A stretch of 64,000 nt of DNA from Eledone cirrhosa (Eukaryota), in NCBI GenBank assembly GCA_964016885.1, contig OZ024742.1, positions 213,652,001 through 213,716,000 on the forward strand, read 5' to 3'. The notes beneath the pieces were generated by a model, which was not told the origin of the DNA, did not search any database, and worked only from the letters and a program-made list of their open reading frames with translations. Position numbers and translations under genes: made by a program. Below are positions 1 to 13,613 of the stretch, in pieces; within the stretch, counting starts at the first letter, position 1; each line of letters begins with the position of its first letter.

Positions 1-74
1 TGATTCTTATAGAATTCTAGTAAATAATCAAGAACTGATTATACAGAGGCGTTGCCGGTCAAGCAGAAATTGAT

Positions 75-356
75 AATTAGAATTGGTGCTCTGAAATAGG
101 TATATATATATATGAATGTATATATAATGTATTTTGCAATACTCTGTATGCTTAATTAAAAGCATTTCGACAATACGAAACAGGGCTCTGTCGGCTTTAT
201 CTCCCCTGTTTGCTGAAAATTAAAGTAAGTGAGACTATCACTACTCTAAAACAATAGCATAAGGTCTTCGAAATGCTTTTAATTAAGTATACAGTGTATT
301 GCAAAATACACTATATATACATTCATATATATATAGCTATTTCAGAGCACCAATTC

Positions 357-361
<5 letters not shown>
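75..361. repeat. Fold-back (inverted repeat) element ending in (TA)n, PLE pLTR-like
   Basis: Arm ~75-170 (aattagaattggtgctctgaaatag...gcatttcga) is the reverse complement of ~265-361; the spacer holds a hammerhead 3' half (cgaaacagggctctgtc). Confidence 0.7.
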
Positions 362-422
<61 letters not shown>

Positions 423-620
423 AATGATGAATCAAAACATATCAAATATGTTTAGGATTTTGTGTTACTCAATAAGCAAGCTCAATAGACTTTATCTAGA
501 GCCATAGTAACCAAATTAAAAGATATATGTTTATATATAGAGAGAAAGAGATATATATCGTACAAGAAACACGGTATATTGTATATATACCAAATCTGGA
601 AACTCTGCTTCGAAATATTG

Positions 621-717
621 AGACGTATCTGAGGAACTTGCGATTTCAGAGTTAGGTTCGATCATCGCATCGATCGTGCCTCGAACTGGTTGCCAGAGAA
701 ACGATTGTAATATGTCT
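621..717 (+). ncRNA. Type I hammerhead ribozyme, long stem II
   Basis: agacgtat-CTGAGGA-[stem II with ggttcga/tcgaact]-GAAA-cgatt-GTA-atatgtct; stem I pairs with one G.U. Confidence 0.6.
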
Positions 718-789
718 AATAAATTCTAATTCGTCGCACCACTAATTCTCCGTTTCTTCTGTGATATATATATATATATATATATAGTG

Positions 790-887
<98 letters not shown>

Positions 888-984
888 ATCCAGTCCCCGC
901 TAGCTGTTCCATCTACCGAATTATTATTATTTTTATATGAGTCCCCAGTGTCCGCGCATTGCCTGGAGACTTAGCTGAGAATAG

Positions 985-1066
985 ACTCCCTGATGACGCA
1001 ATGAATTCTCGACGGTTATATTACGTAACTGTCTTTATCCCATTGCAGAAACTAATTAGTTGGAGT
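985..1066 (+). ncRNA. Type I hammerhead ribozyme
   Basis: actcc-CTGATGA-c-gcaatg...gacggtta/taactgtc...cattgc-a-GAAA-ctaattag-TT-ggagt; stem III is a palindrome (aactaattagtt). Confidence 0.8.
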
Positions 1067-1241
1067 GAAAATTTTAGTAAGTAAGTTAATTTTTTAAATT
1101 CTTTTTAAAATTTTCTTATTTTACGACTTTCATATTATTGTTCTGCATCCTCCTGCATTGAACCACCTAGGTACTATGACATAACTTATGTATTTGCTAG
1201 CATTAGCGTACATCTGTACGCATATGTTAGTAGATATACTA

Positions 1242-1374
<133 letters not shown>

Positions 1375-1916
1375 CATATCAATTTTATACATCTGCCTTA
1401 TGTCAGCTAGTTTTATACGCTAAAATCGTAGATATACTATACTTCCCACCTAGATTGATGTGATTATTTCAAATAATTTATTGCTAGCATTGTTAGTATT
1501 GTTAGTATTGTTGTTATTGTTCTGATTGAATGCCATTACTACTATATATAGTAGCCATGCCTGTATATTCTTTTCATTCTCGCAAGCTCCGATGAATTAA
1601 CAGGTTATAACTTTGTATTGGTGATCGAATAACGTGAAAATAAGCGGGTAGCGATCTCTAGACCTACCAGTTCAGAGAAACAATTGTCAGCAATGAGATT
1701 AAAAACCTTTTTGTATAGCAAACCGTGTCACTCTTCTTTCCTGATTTATTATTACTCCAAGTGTTTACAACATAGGAATTACAGCGTACTCGCAGCATCA
1801 CTATGGAAACGGCGTGTTGAGTCAAACTTAGCCAAGCGTTGATATCATCCACTACCCGGAGTACCATAACTGGACTACACTTAAGTGGACTACCTATAAC
1901 AATAATTTTTTACCCC

Positions 1917-1960
<44 letters not shown>

Positions 1961-1967
1961 GGGGTAA

Positions 1968-2005
<38 letters not shown>

Positions 2006-2284
2006 TTATATTTGGGGATGATCATGATGCCAGTATTGCCAAGAAACACATGCACCAAATGATTTTCATTTTTTCACATCTTTATTTCTAGTTATATATG
2101 TATGTTTGTCAAAGTTCTTTCGTCACACATTCCTGACCTCCACAATGACTTTTATTTTCTGTCTTCTCCTCTTTCTTCTTTCTGGTCTTAATGTAGTACT
2201 CCAAGAGAAGATAGTGTAGAAGAATACCAGAAATAAGAGGAGGCAGAAAGGAAAACATATAGTCATTAAGTAGGTCACGATTTT

Positions 2285-2318
<34 letters not shown>

Positions 2319-2361
2319 GTATATATATATATATGTGTGTGTATATATATATAAATATATA

Positions 2362-2775
2362 TATAATAAAGTATATATCCCTGCACGCAAAAAGCGTCCA
2401 GGGACACATGTATTGTCCAACCATATGCCAATGTGGTTCAATGGCAGGTTAATAAATTAACGAGCCAGAACAAATATAATCAAGGTTTAGCAAATAAGAA
2501 AAAGTTTCAAAATAAATTTCAAAAAATTCACTGTACTCACTATGGTTACCTTTACAGAATCGGTTTCGAGTCTCAAAAATAAATGGCCAGTCCTTGCGGC
2601 CTTCCATTGAAAAGATAAACTCTTGTCAGAAGGTTCTTTTCACTCGGAGAATATAAAATTCCCGAGTTCAAATTACGAACTGGCGCTATTCAAAATTGTT
2701 CCCGAGATGAGAATGAATGATGTGGAAGCAATTCTGTCCAGTGCCATGTGTAAAGATAGAAGGAGAGGCAGGGAG
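2362..2775 (-). mobile_element. PLE pLTR-like repeat, family G (also at 19190-20022)
   Basis: Near-identical to 19190-19490 and 19560-19810; hammerhead at 2548-2634 (-) has a mutated core CTGACAA. Confidence 0.7.
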
Positions 2776-2903
2776 GTGAAACGGCCGGAGCCCAGCCGTC
2801 GGGGTCCTGACTCTTTTCCTATTACCCACTCTACTACCGTAAGTATCGAGTACTCTGGTGCGTTATGGTCCCCCTGGTTTCTTACCACACTTCCTTCGTT
2901 ATA
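2776..2903 (+). mobile_element. pLTR end of the Naiad-like PLE family (as at 28437-28560 and 42822-43070)
   Basis: gaaacggccggagcccagccgtcggggtcc...cttccttcgtta matches the arm ends of the 28.4-31 kb element. Confidence 0.7.
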
Positions 2904-2918
2904 AATACATACACACAC

Positions 2919-3034
<116 letters not shown>

Positions 3035-3273
3035 CACACACACACACACACACACACTCATATATAATGTGCAATTGTTGCAAACTGACCAGCGAAACTG
3101 AACAGTCGGGACTTTGAAGAAAAAATAGGTATATATCTGTGTCTATTACTTCTTCTTACTTTATAATTTGTTGCATAACTCTGATATCGAGTCAATTTAA
3201 ATATTTCGATTATTTTGTCTCTCGTAGTCATAGAACAAAACTGGTTAAGGGCGAAACCACACACACTCACATC

Positions 3274-3375
3274 AGGCAAAGCTAACCTTGGCGGGATTTG
3301 AACTCAGAACGTAAAGGGACGTAACTATATGCTGCAAACATGTCCGACGCTCTACAATTACAGCCAAATCCACCG
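3274..3375 (-). mobile_element. tRNA-derived SINE, 5' fragment
   Basis: Reverse complement contains box B (gagttcaaatcc) and a degraded head. Confidence 0.7.
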
Positions 3376-3627
3376 ATCTAACGGTGCAGACAATAATGGG
3401 CATTGATTGGCTAATATGGAATAAAGGATTTTTATGCATAAAAATGTATTTTTTTATTTTTTAAATAGAAAGGGAAGTGTGTAGATAATCTATAAACATA
3501 TTTTTTAGTCCGCTCCCTTCCACACATAACTGCCTCAGAAACGTTACCTTTTACTTGATTTTGCTGTCTGAAATAACGATATGGATCGTCATTGATATAT
3601 ATTAAACGACTCTATTAATAAAGTAAT

Positions 3628-3817
3628 ATTTGTTTCTACTTTAGGCACAAGGCCAGCAATTAACCAGTGCATTACTGGTACTTTATTTTATCGACCCCGT
3701 AAGGATGAAAGGCAAAGTTAACCTCGGCGGGATTTGAACTCAGAATGGCAAGGTCCGTAACTCTATGCGCCAAAGCATGGCATCCGACACTCTACCAATA
3801 CTGCCAATCCACCGCCT
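3628..3817 (-). mobile_element. tRNA-derived SINE (Meta-domain-like core)
   Basis: Box A tggcagtattgg, box B gagttcaaatcc, core gaggttaactttgcctttcatccttacggggtcgataaaataaagtacc; flanked by ataaagtaatatt duplication. Confidence 0.85.
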
Positions 3818-3839
3818 ATTCATAAAGTAATATTATTAC

Positions 3840-4020
3840 TGGATTGGCAGTATTGGTAGAGGGTCGGACGCCATGCTTTGACGGATAGAGTTACGACCCT
3901 TGCCATTCTGAGATCAAATCCCGCCAAGGTTAACTTTGCCTTTCATCCTTACGGGGTCGATAAAATAAAGTACCAGTAATGCACTGGTTAATTGCTGGCC
4001 TTGTGCCAAACGTAGAAACA

Positions 4021-4080
<60 letters not shown>
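3840..4080 (+). mobile_element. tRNA-derived SINE with expanded (ATT)n tail
   Basis: Same SINE sequence, ending gtagaaaca(att)n; head-to-head with the previous copy. Confidence 0.85.
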
Positions 4081-4471
4081 GGCGACATACGTAGTAAATC
4101 GTATCATCGTGAGCTCCTCAAAGGTTTGTTATTTCCGTTTGTTAAAAATTGCCATTCATGGAAATTTTTTATTGTTAACTATATATAAGCGCACATACAT
4201 TGTTTTCCGAAAAGGACACCCAAAAAGATTGGGGGCCTTGTGCCCAAAATTTAAACTTTTATGATTATCAAAAAATTTCTTTGAAAATAAAAAGGCTAAT
4301 TCACTTCTGCACCAAGCAGCTGAAAGCCTTCCTCACAAATTAACACCTCGCACCGACACCACCATCATAAATGTTACTACGTTTGCCAACACTAAAAAAA
4401 TATAAGCAGTAGCAACATTTTAAATTTGTCTCAGGCAGACATTCATTTCCCGCCATTACCAATGACTTCAG

Positions 4472-6264
4472 GTGTTAAAGCCTCCACCACCACCACCACC
4501 GCGACAACCCACCCCCACCACCACCGCGACAACAGAAACAAAAGGAAAAAATAAATCAACTCGTGATGTCGAAATAATTTCAACCAAAATGGACTCTTCC
4601 ACTTCCACACCGAACACCACTGACGTCACCACCACCACAACTGAAACTAAAATTAATAATAACAAAAATAACGATAACAACAACAGCAACAATGACATTA
4701 AAAAAAACCACCCTGAGTTTTGCCAGAGTAGCAAAACAGTGCGAAGCATTTACGGTAACTCAGGAGGAATTAGAAAATGCCAAAAAAATGGTAAAGAAAG
4801 ATGGGTACGGGGTCAACCCCCCCCCCCCCCACACACACACCTAATAAAATGGAGCATCGGCGCCTATGCACCGTGTCGTATCGAACAATTAATGTAAAAT
4901 CGCGCCGAGTGGAACGGGCATCCGAGTCCCAAATCCAAATAGCTTTGGGACATGTGTGGGCAAGAAAAACCCACATCAGACGTGGGCAGAAGTATGGAAC
5001 CGTGGACGTGTTCTTTGAAACACCAGAGGAGGCTAGAGAACACTCCACGGTCCCATTAAGAAGTGACGACTTCACACTCGTCCCAAGCTATTGTGGTCAG
5101 AGACTCGTAAAGATCAGGGTGACCCACGTTCCACCGGCCATCGAAATTCCCTGGCTAATAGCGTCCGTCCTCGCCGGCATCGAAGCCAACACAAAGATAA
5201 TAGCAATAGCAAAAGAAAAGCAGGAAAACTGGTCTGGATCTGGGATGGAGCTCCTGATCCTAGCGGACCAAAAAAGCATTGAGGAGATCCCAGAGGTAAT
5301 AGACCTCACTGACGGCAGCCACCTCACGGTAATTATCGAGGGCAGAAGGCCTAGGTGTGTCGTTTGTGGTGAAGGAACCCACGTAAGGGCTTTCTACCCT
5401 CAGGCTAAAAGGTTGAGGCCACCTCTCCTACCCACCCCAGTGACTCAACCATCAACATCACCAGCAGCGGAAAAAAAGAAAAAGAATCCAATAACAGAAG
5501 CAACTATAACAGCAACAACCCCAGCAACAGTAGCAAAACCAACACCACCACCACCCAACGCTTCAGAACTAGCACCAGCGCCTACACCATCCACCACGCC
5601 ACAACCAAAACTAACGCCTGTGGAGGATTTTCCCCTCCCCGGCCTATCACAACTGGAGACAGATTGTGACGACGAGGAGTGGGAAACGGTATCAGGAAAA
5701 AAAAAAAGAAACCAAAAAAGAAAAAATTCTCTTCCTTCCCCCTCCAAAAACAAAATACAGAGGGAAACAAATAAATTAACAAACAAAAAAGTTAGGACAG
5801 ATATGCCACCATCCACACCAGCATCACCAACCCCATCACCCCAAACACCAACACCATCACCATCATTAACCCCAACACCACCATCACCTACACCACAAAA
5901 GTCACCAAAATGCGAAACAGAAACAAACCCACAACAAACGCAAACAAAACAAAACAACAAAAACGATACACACTACACAGCATTAAATTTGAACAACAAC
6001 CAATTATTACACTACATCCAACACAACACCAGCATCACAGAAAAAGACTACACAACAAGCCAAAAATTCACACCACCTCCACACATACAAATCAATCGCA
6101 TCACACAGAAAATGTACATGACACTAAAAAAATAATTCCCCAAAGACATCGGAGACTTCCGACAAGCACTCTCCAGGAGGATTTATAAGGACATCCTTCC
6201 TGAGGAGGCCACAAGCAGTGAAAAGGATGGAAAAACCGTCCTTCCTCTACGAGAAGTAAGGTAA
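4472..6264 (+). pseudogene. LINE ORF1 (RRM-like region, degenerate zinc knuckle, Pro/Thr-rich C-terminus)
   Basis: ORFs 4472-4897 and 4801-6135 join across a poly-C at ~4816-4829; RPRCVVCGEGTHVRAF knuckle; EEWETVSGKKKR motif. Confidence 0.75.
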
Positions 6265-6298
6265 GTGGTCTTTCCCATCTTTTCCACTCCTTTTCAAC

Positions 6299-9200
6299 AT
6301 GACCTCACTCAGAATAGGCAGCATAAATGCGCGTGGCTTGGGGTCGGCATGGAAGCAGGGCTACCTGCTCAACGACCTCAGGTCACTAAACATAGATGTA
6401 GTGGCCATCAGCGAGACCAGAATCTCCGAAGCACGGGCCTTCGCACCGATCTTCGGCGGCTACGATGTGTACGCATCTCCGAGCCGTCCGGGATCGGGGG
6501 GGGGGAGATGCTGTGCTTTTTTGGAGAGGTTTGGATCTTGCCATACGGGCCATCTTCCTGGACCCAGAAGGTAAGTTGGTGATGCTGGACGTGACCAGCG
6601 GAGACGGGCAACCTTTCAGGTTTGTGGACGTCTATGCCCCGACAGGAGCAGGGCGGCCTGATTTCTTCCGGCGTCTGGAGACCTTTCTTGGAACGTCCCG
6701 CTCTTTAGTGTTAGTGGGCGACTGGAACGGGATCTTAGATGCACGCTGGGATTGTGTGGGATTAGTGGATAGGGGAGGAGGGTGCAAGAGTCTCACCAAC
6801 CTGCTCAGGCGTGTTGAACTGTCTGACAGGTACCGATTGGATTTCCTGAATGTGCCAATGTGGACTTGGACAAATCGCATAGGGTCATCCAGATCATATC
6901 TAGATAGAGTATTTTGTAGGGAAATAGATAGGTCTAGCATAGGCTGTCCACAATTCAAGATAGTCAGCTACACGGACCACAAATTCGTGATCTGTGTGCT
7001 TGACTTAGATAGGCTTCATAGACGAGGACCCGGCAACTGGAAGCTAAATGCGTCCTTACCAGCGCGCAAGGCCTACAGAGACCGGATTAGCGAACTAGTT
7101 AAGCGGGCGTTGACGGGGGCCATCGTCAACAACAAGTGGTGGTTTGCTCTGAAAAGAGCAATTAGAATAGAGTTCATTAGGTTTAGTAAGGCTTTAGCAA
7201 TAGAGAAAAATAGAGCAGAGGGAGAATTAGTTAGAAAATTAGACGAGGCGCTTAGCAAAGGCATCGCGACCGACGTACTTGCGGCGAAATTGGCCCTTGA
7301 CCAATTCTTCAATGCAAAGAACGAAGGCTGCGTTGTCAGAGCTAGGGTACGTGCTCTCAGACACGAGGGGACGAAAGCCGTTCAATGGGCCCGAGTGGCG
7401 GAGGCACGTCGTGGCAACAAAGCCACGATCCGGTCTTTGGTGGACCACGACGGGCGCATGCTACTCGATCCCGGGAAAATGTGTGAAGCTTTTCAGCGAC
7501 ACTTCGCTCAACTGTTCGGGGGCAGTGGCGGGCCGGATATAGGGATGGACTTTAGTGTCTACCTCGACGGACTGCCGCGGCTTTCGGCCACTGAGGCGGA
7601 GTGTTGCGAAAAGCCGATAACAACCGCTGAAGTACGGGAGGCAATGACTGGCTGCACAAGGGGTAAATCGCCTGGTTTGGATGGTCTTCCCTATGAACTT
7701 TACGTACAAATGCCAGACTTGTTCGGAGGCCTCTTGGCGGACGTCTACTGCAACTGGCAACAGAACGGGAGAATTCCCAGCTCTGTGAGCCGAGGAGCAG
7801 TGGGGCTGCTGAGAAAGGATCCGAACAAGGGGATAACATAGATCATTTTAGGCCTATAACTCTGCTAAACACAGAGTTCAAGATTTTGGCCAAGGTGCTA
7901 GCAAAGAGGTTGACGCTTGTCGTTGGTGGACTGGTGGGAGAGGCACAGACATGCGCCATTCCCGACAGATCCATCCACGACAACCTCCACCTCATGCGAT
8001 ACATTGTAGAGAGGGTAGCTAGGGAACCTGGCACGGGTGGGACTTTGATTAATTTAGATCAGTCGAAAGCCTTCGATAGGGTCGACCATCGTTACTTAGC
8101 GGCAGTCCTGAGGGCGGCTGGCTTTGGGCCCGTCTTCAGAGGCTGGATCGCTGCCATGCACAGTGTCATCTGCTCTGTGGTGAGAGTGAACGGTCACCTT
8201 TCGGAACCGTTCAACATCATGCGCTCGGTCCGCCAAGGATGTCCCCTCTCGTCCCTCTTGTACGTATTGACTCTCGAGCCATTACTGCACAAACTGGAGA
8301 CGTTGAGGGGCGTCCCGCGCGAACTAGGATGCGGAAGATCCGTGTCAGCATATGCCGACGATGTCACCGTAGTGGTGTCGAACGCCAAACACATCGAGGT
8401 GATCGGCACTACACTAAGAGAATACGAGCGGTGACAGGAGCAATGATCAACCAGGAAAAGTCAGTGGGCCTGAAGCTCGGCACCTGGAGAGGCAGGTCCA
8501 TGCCGTCCAACAGCGTCGTCGGGCGCTGGACGGACGGACCGGTTAAATTGCTAGGGGTGTGGTTCGGTCCAGACCTCCAGACGGACAAAAACTGGGACGA
8601 GGTGACGAGCAGGGTGGCTTCTCTCACCCAGAAATGGGCCGAGAGGAAGCTATCCCTGAAAGGTCGAGCGGAGGTGGCTAACGCGTACATCGCGTCCGTC
8701 ATCTACTACCGCCTGACCGTCGTTCCTTGTCCTAAGCCCCGCCTGACTGCGCTGGAGCGTTTTCTCTTTCGCTTCTTGTGGAAGGGACGCGCTCCGATGG
8801 TCAGGAGGTCCATCTGCTGTCAACACCCGCTACGTGGAGGGCTGGGCGTGCCGTGGCTGATGATGCGCAGACACGCGCTCAGGCTACGACATCTCCACCT
8901 CTTCCTCGACGGTGATCAGGTGTGGTCGCCGTTTGCTAGACACGTTTTTCCCCAGCTCCTCTCCTTGACGGAGCTGCAGTCCTGGGTCAAGCGAAGACCG
9001 AGAGGGAGCGCTTGGAGACTGGAATGTCTTCAGGCGCTCACAGCCCTCGACCAATCGGGCAATGTGATCGGTGGAAACTCCACCTTGGCGTTCTATAGGG
9101 GATTAGTGGAGGGGAAGAGCGACGACGTACTTGGAGAAACTCTAGGCGTCGACGAAAATCAACTAGCCAATCTCTTCGGAAGGACTTTCGGGCCGGGGCC

Positions 9201-9717
9201 TATGGACAAATTCCAGAAATCCCTGGCCTGGCAGTGCTACCGGGGAGCTTTGCCAGTTCGGGATAAACTCTACAGGCATGGAGGTGCCGTCAGCCGGGCA
9301 TGTCCGAGATGCGCACAGGGCGACGAAACCGTCCTGCACGCACTCGTCCAGTGTCCGAGCATTGCTGACTTGTGGGTTTATGTCGAACACCTGCTGTCAC
9401 ATGTAGGACGGATCCAGCTATCAGCTGAGTCCATCATGAGGATTGCCCCGCCCTCTTCCTTTAGCCGGGAAGGGCAGGCAGTTTTTATCTGTCTGGTGGC
9501 CATGGCGAAAGAGATAATATGGTGGACACGTTTGAAAGGGCTGAAGACGAGCACTTACCTCCTCGGTGATGCCCTGATTAACTTTTTCAAATATCATTTG
9601 AAAAGGAAAATCAGGGTAGAGAGGGAAGTGCTCTCTTCCCAGCATTTTTTTGAAAGATGGGTGAGAGAAGCAAGAATGGCCCGAGTGAATGGGCCTACTC
9701 TGAGTATATATCTGTAA
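6299..9717 (+). pseudogene. LINE ORF2: AP endonuclease, reverse transcriptase, C-terminal CCHC; frameshifted
   Basis: SINARGL..SET..GDWN..SYLDR..TDH (APE); SPGLDG, LDQSKAFDRV, VRQGCPLS, YADD (RT); CPRC..ETVLHALVQC; split over ORFs starting 6299, 6465, 7886, 8239. Confidence 0.92.
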
Positions 9718-9965
9718 ATTAAAGGTGGAAAACTGGGAGAGGACACTTGCCTTGGTGGTCAGGGTCACTGTGGCCTTTTACTGGGCTTTCTCCACAAATG
9801 TCCCTCCGAAGTCTCCCCCCTATTGGGGAATTTTTCATTGTTATTTTTTGTTACATCCTCTGTTTTTGTTTTTTACACGCAGAAATGCCCATTTGTACCG
9901 TCCTGCATTGTCCTGCACTGTCCTTAATGTCTACTTTATGTAAACCCTTGTGGTTAATAAAGAAA

Positions 9966-10029
<64 letters not shown>

Positions 10030-10334
10030 ATGATTTCTTTATTGGCCACAAGGGCTGACATCAAGAAAAACATTACAGATGGCACAGGACGGTACGATGT
10101 GGGTTTTGTGCGTGTAAAGATTTTTATTATTTATATAAGAAAAGAAAAAAAGAAATAGAAACATATATATATATATATAAACAATAAAAATGAAAATTGA
10201 AACAATGAAAAATTCCCCAATAGGGGGGAAACCTCCGAGGGTTACTCGTGGCGAAAACCACACAAAAGACCACGGCCACCCTGACCACCAGGGCAAGCGC
10301 CCTCTCTCAATTTTTCCCATTCCTCAAACTACAA

Positions 10335-13300
10335 GCGTATATTCAGAGTGGATATTCACTCGGACCATTCACGCTACATTCACCCACCTTTCAACAAACT
10401 TGCTAGAAGACAGCACTTGCCTCTCCACCCTGATTTTCCTCTTCAAGTGAAACTTGAAAAAGTTAATCAGGGATTCGCCGAAGAGGAAAGTGTCTGTCTT
10501 TAACCCTTTCAACCTTGTCCACCACACAATCTCTTTCGCCATGGCCACCAAGTAGATGAAAACCACCCGCCCTTCCTCCTCGAAGGAAGACGGCGAGACC
10601 ATCTGCACAATGGACTCAGTCGAAAACCAGATCAGTCCAACTGTTCGACATAGCTCCACAAGTCAGCAACGCACGGGCACTGAACGAGTGCGTGCACGAT
10701 GGTTTCATCGCTCTGCGCGCATCTCGGACAGGCTCGGCTGACGGCACTTCCGTGCCTGTAGAACTTATCTCGAACCGGCAACGCTCCCCGGTAGAACTGC
10801 CAGGCTAGGGATTTTTGGAAGTTATCCATAGGCCCTCGGCTGAAAGTTCTCCGGAAAAGAGCAAACAGCTGATCTTCTTCGACGCCCAGGATCTCTCCGA
10901 GAACGTCGTCGCTCTTCCCCTCCACTAATCTTCTATAGAACGCCGAGGTGGATGTTCCACCGATACTGGTGCCCAGCTGGCAGAGGGCAGTGAGCGCCTG
11001 GAGACATTCCTGTTTCCAAGCGCTATCCCTCGGTCTTTTGCTGACTCAGGACTGCAGATGCACCACAGATGTCGCAGCCTCAGCGCATGTTTGCGCATCA
11101 TCAGCCATGGCATGCCCAGTCCTCCACACAACGGGTGTTGACAGCAGATGGATCGTCTGACCATGGGACCGCGTCCCTCCCACACAAAGCGGAAGAGGAG
11201 GCGCTCCATTTTGGTGAGAGTTGGGCCGGGGAAAAGGACGACGGTGAGGCGGTAGCAGATAACGGATGCACGCATTCGCCACCTCCTCCCGGCCTTTAGG
11301 GACAGCTTCCTCTCGGCTCATTTCTGGGTGAGGGAGGCCGCCTTGCTCGTCACCTCGCTCCAGTTTTTCTCCATCTGGAGGTCTGGTTCGAACTAGACCC
11401 CGAGCAATTTAACCAGTCCGTCCGTCCAAAGCCCCATGACGCTGTCGGACGGCATGGACTTGCCTCTCCAGGTGCCGAGCTGCAAGCCTACCGACTTTTC
11501 CTGGTTTATCTTTGCACCTGTCACCGCTTCGTATTCCTTGAGAGCGGTCCGAACATGTGGACGTGTCTGGTGCTCGACACCACCACAGTGGCGTCGTGGG
11601 CGTAAGCCGACTCGGATTTTCCGCATCCTAGTTCGCGTGGGACGCCCCTGATCGCCCCCAGTTCGTGCAGTAACGGCTCGAGAGCCAATACGTACAAGAG
11701 GGACGAGAGGGGATAACCCTGGCGGAGCGAGCGCATGATGCTGAACGGCTGCGACAGGTGACCGTTCACCCTCACAACTGAGCAGATGTCACTGTACATT
11801 GCAGCGATCCAACCCCTGAAAACGGGCCCGAAACCGGCTGCCTCGAGGACCGCCGCCAGGTACCGATGGTCTACCCTATCGAATGCTTTGGATTGATCCA
11901 AGTTGATCAGGGCCCCACCCGTCCCAGGTTCCGTAACCACCCTCTCTATGATGTATCGCATGAGGTGGAGATTGTCGTGTATGGATCTGTCCGGAATGGC
12001 GCATCTTGGCCAAAATCAAAAAGGGTTATGGGCCTGAAATTATCGATAACAACCCCTTTGTTCGGGTCTTTTCTTAGCAGCGCCACCGCTCCCCGGCTCA
12101 CAAAACTGGGAATGCTCCCGTTCTGCTGCTAGTTGCAGTAGACGTCTGCCAAGAGGTCACCAAACAAGTCTGTCATAAATGCATAAAGCTCGTAGGGCAG
12201 ACCATCCAAACTTTACTCCTTGTGCAGTTAGCCATCGCTTCCCGTATTTCACCGGCTGATATTGGCTTTTCGCAACACTGTGCTGCGGTCGTCGAGAGCA
12301 GAGGCAGTCCGTTGAGGTATGCACTGAAGTCCATGCTCCGATCCGGCCCGCCGCTGCTCCCGAACAGTTCAGCAAAGTGCTGCTGAAAAGCTTCACACAT
12401 CTGCTCGGGTTCGAACAACACGCACCCGTTTTGGTCAGACAAAGACCGAATTGTGGCTTTGTTGCCACGTCGCGCCTCTGCCACCCGGGCCTATTGGACG
12501 GCTTTTGTCCCCTCGTGTTTCAGAGCACGCGCTCTAGCTCTGACAACGCAGCCATCGTGTTTTGCGTTGAAGAATTGGTCGAGTGCCAATCTCACCGCAA
12601 GCACGTCGGTTGCGTAGCCTATCCTAAACGCTTCTTCTAGCTTTCTGACTAACTCTCCCTCTACTCTCTTTTTCTCTATCACTAGTCCTTTGCTAAACCT
12701 AATCGACTTTACTTTAATTGCCCTTTTCAGGGCGCTCCACCACCTGTTGTTGACGACCGCTCCCGTCAACGCCCGCTTAACTAATACGCTAATCCGGTCT
12801 CTGTAGGCTTTGCGCGCCGGAAAGACGCGTTCAGCTTCCAGTAACCGGGTCCTTATCTATGAAGTATGTCTATGTCGATCTCACAGATCACAAATTTGTG
12901 GTCTGTGTAGTCGACTATTTTAAATTGTGGACAACTTATACTAGCCTTATCTAGTTCTCTGCAGAATACCCTATCGAGATACGATCTGGATGACCCGATG
13001 CGGTTTGTCCATGTCCACATTGGCACATTCGGGTGATCCAGTCGATACCTGTCAGACAGTTCAAAACGTCTGAGCAGGCTGGTGAGGCTCTTGCACCCTC
13101 CTCCCCTATCCACTAGCCCCACACAATCCCAGCGTGCATCCAAGATACCGTTCCAGTCGCCTATTAAGGTTTCTAGACGTCTGAAGAAATCTGGCCGTCC
13201 TGTCCCTGTTGGGGTGTAGACGGCTACTAGCCTGAAAGCATTGCCTTCGCTGCCGGTCACGTCTAGCACCACCGACTTACCTGCTTTGTCTAGGAAGATG

Positions 13301-13551
13301 GCCCGTATGGCGAGATCCAAGCTTCTCCGAAACAGGACGACAACCCCTCCCCCCGATCCTGGACGGCTGGGAGATGCGTATACATCGTAGCCGCCGAAGA
13401 TCGGTGCGAAGGCTTGTGCTTCGGAGATTCTGGTCTCGCTGATGGCCACCACATCTATGTTTAGTGACCTGAGGTCGTTGAGCAGGTGACCCTGCTTCCA
13501 AGATGACCCCAAGCCACGTGCATTTATACTGCCTATTCTGAGTACGGCCAT
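10335..13551 (-). pseudogene. LINE ORF2 (APE-RT-CCHC), many frameshifts and stops
   Basis: MAVLRIGSINARGL, LDQSKAFDRV, RQGYPLS, YAHD (mutated YADD), CPRC..HALVQC. Confidence 0.9.
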
Positions 13552-13613
13552 GTTGGATGTGTGCTGCTTTATATATTGTATGAGTTCTTTTTTTTTGCCA
13601 TGTTTATGGCTGT

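Larger units (their letters stand above)
4081..9967 (+). mobile_element. Full-length L1/Tx1-type non-LTR retrotransposon, copy 1 (decayed)
   Basis: ORF1 plus APE-RT-CCHC ORF2; 3' end cccttgtggttaataaagaaatc(att)n; (ATT)n on both sides. Confidence 0.9.

Noticed and set aside
1586-1647. Hammerhead-like gct-CCGATGA...gaat...agc
   Set aside because: Core and stem III are too degenerate to call.
3840-3925. SINE heads as tRNA genes
   Set aside because: Box A and B are present but each head continues into the SINE body and tail without a proper cloverleaf.
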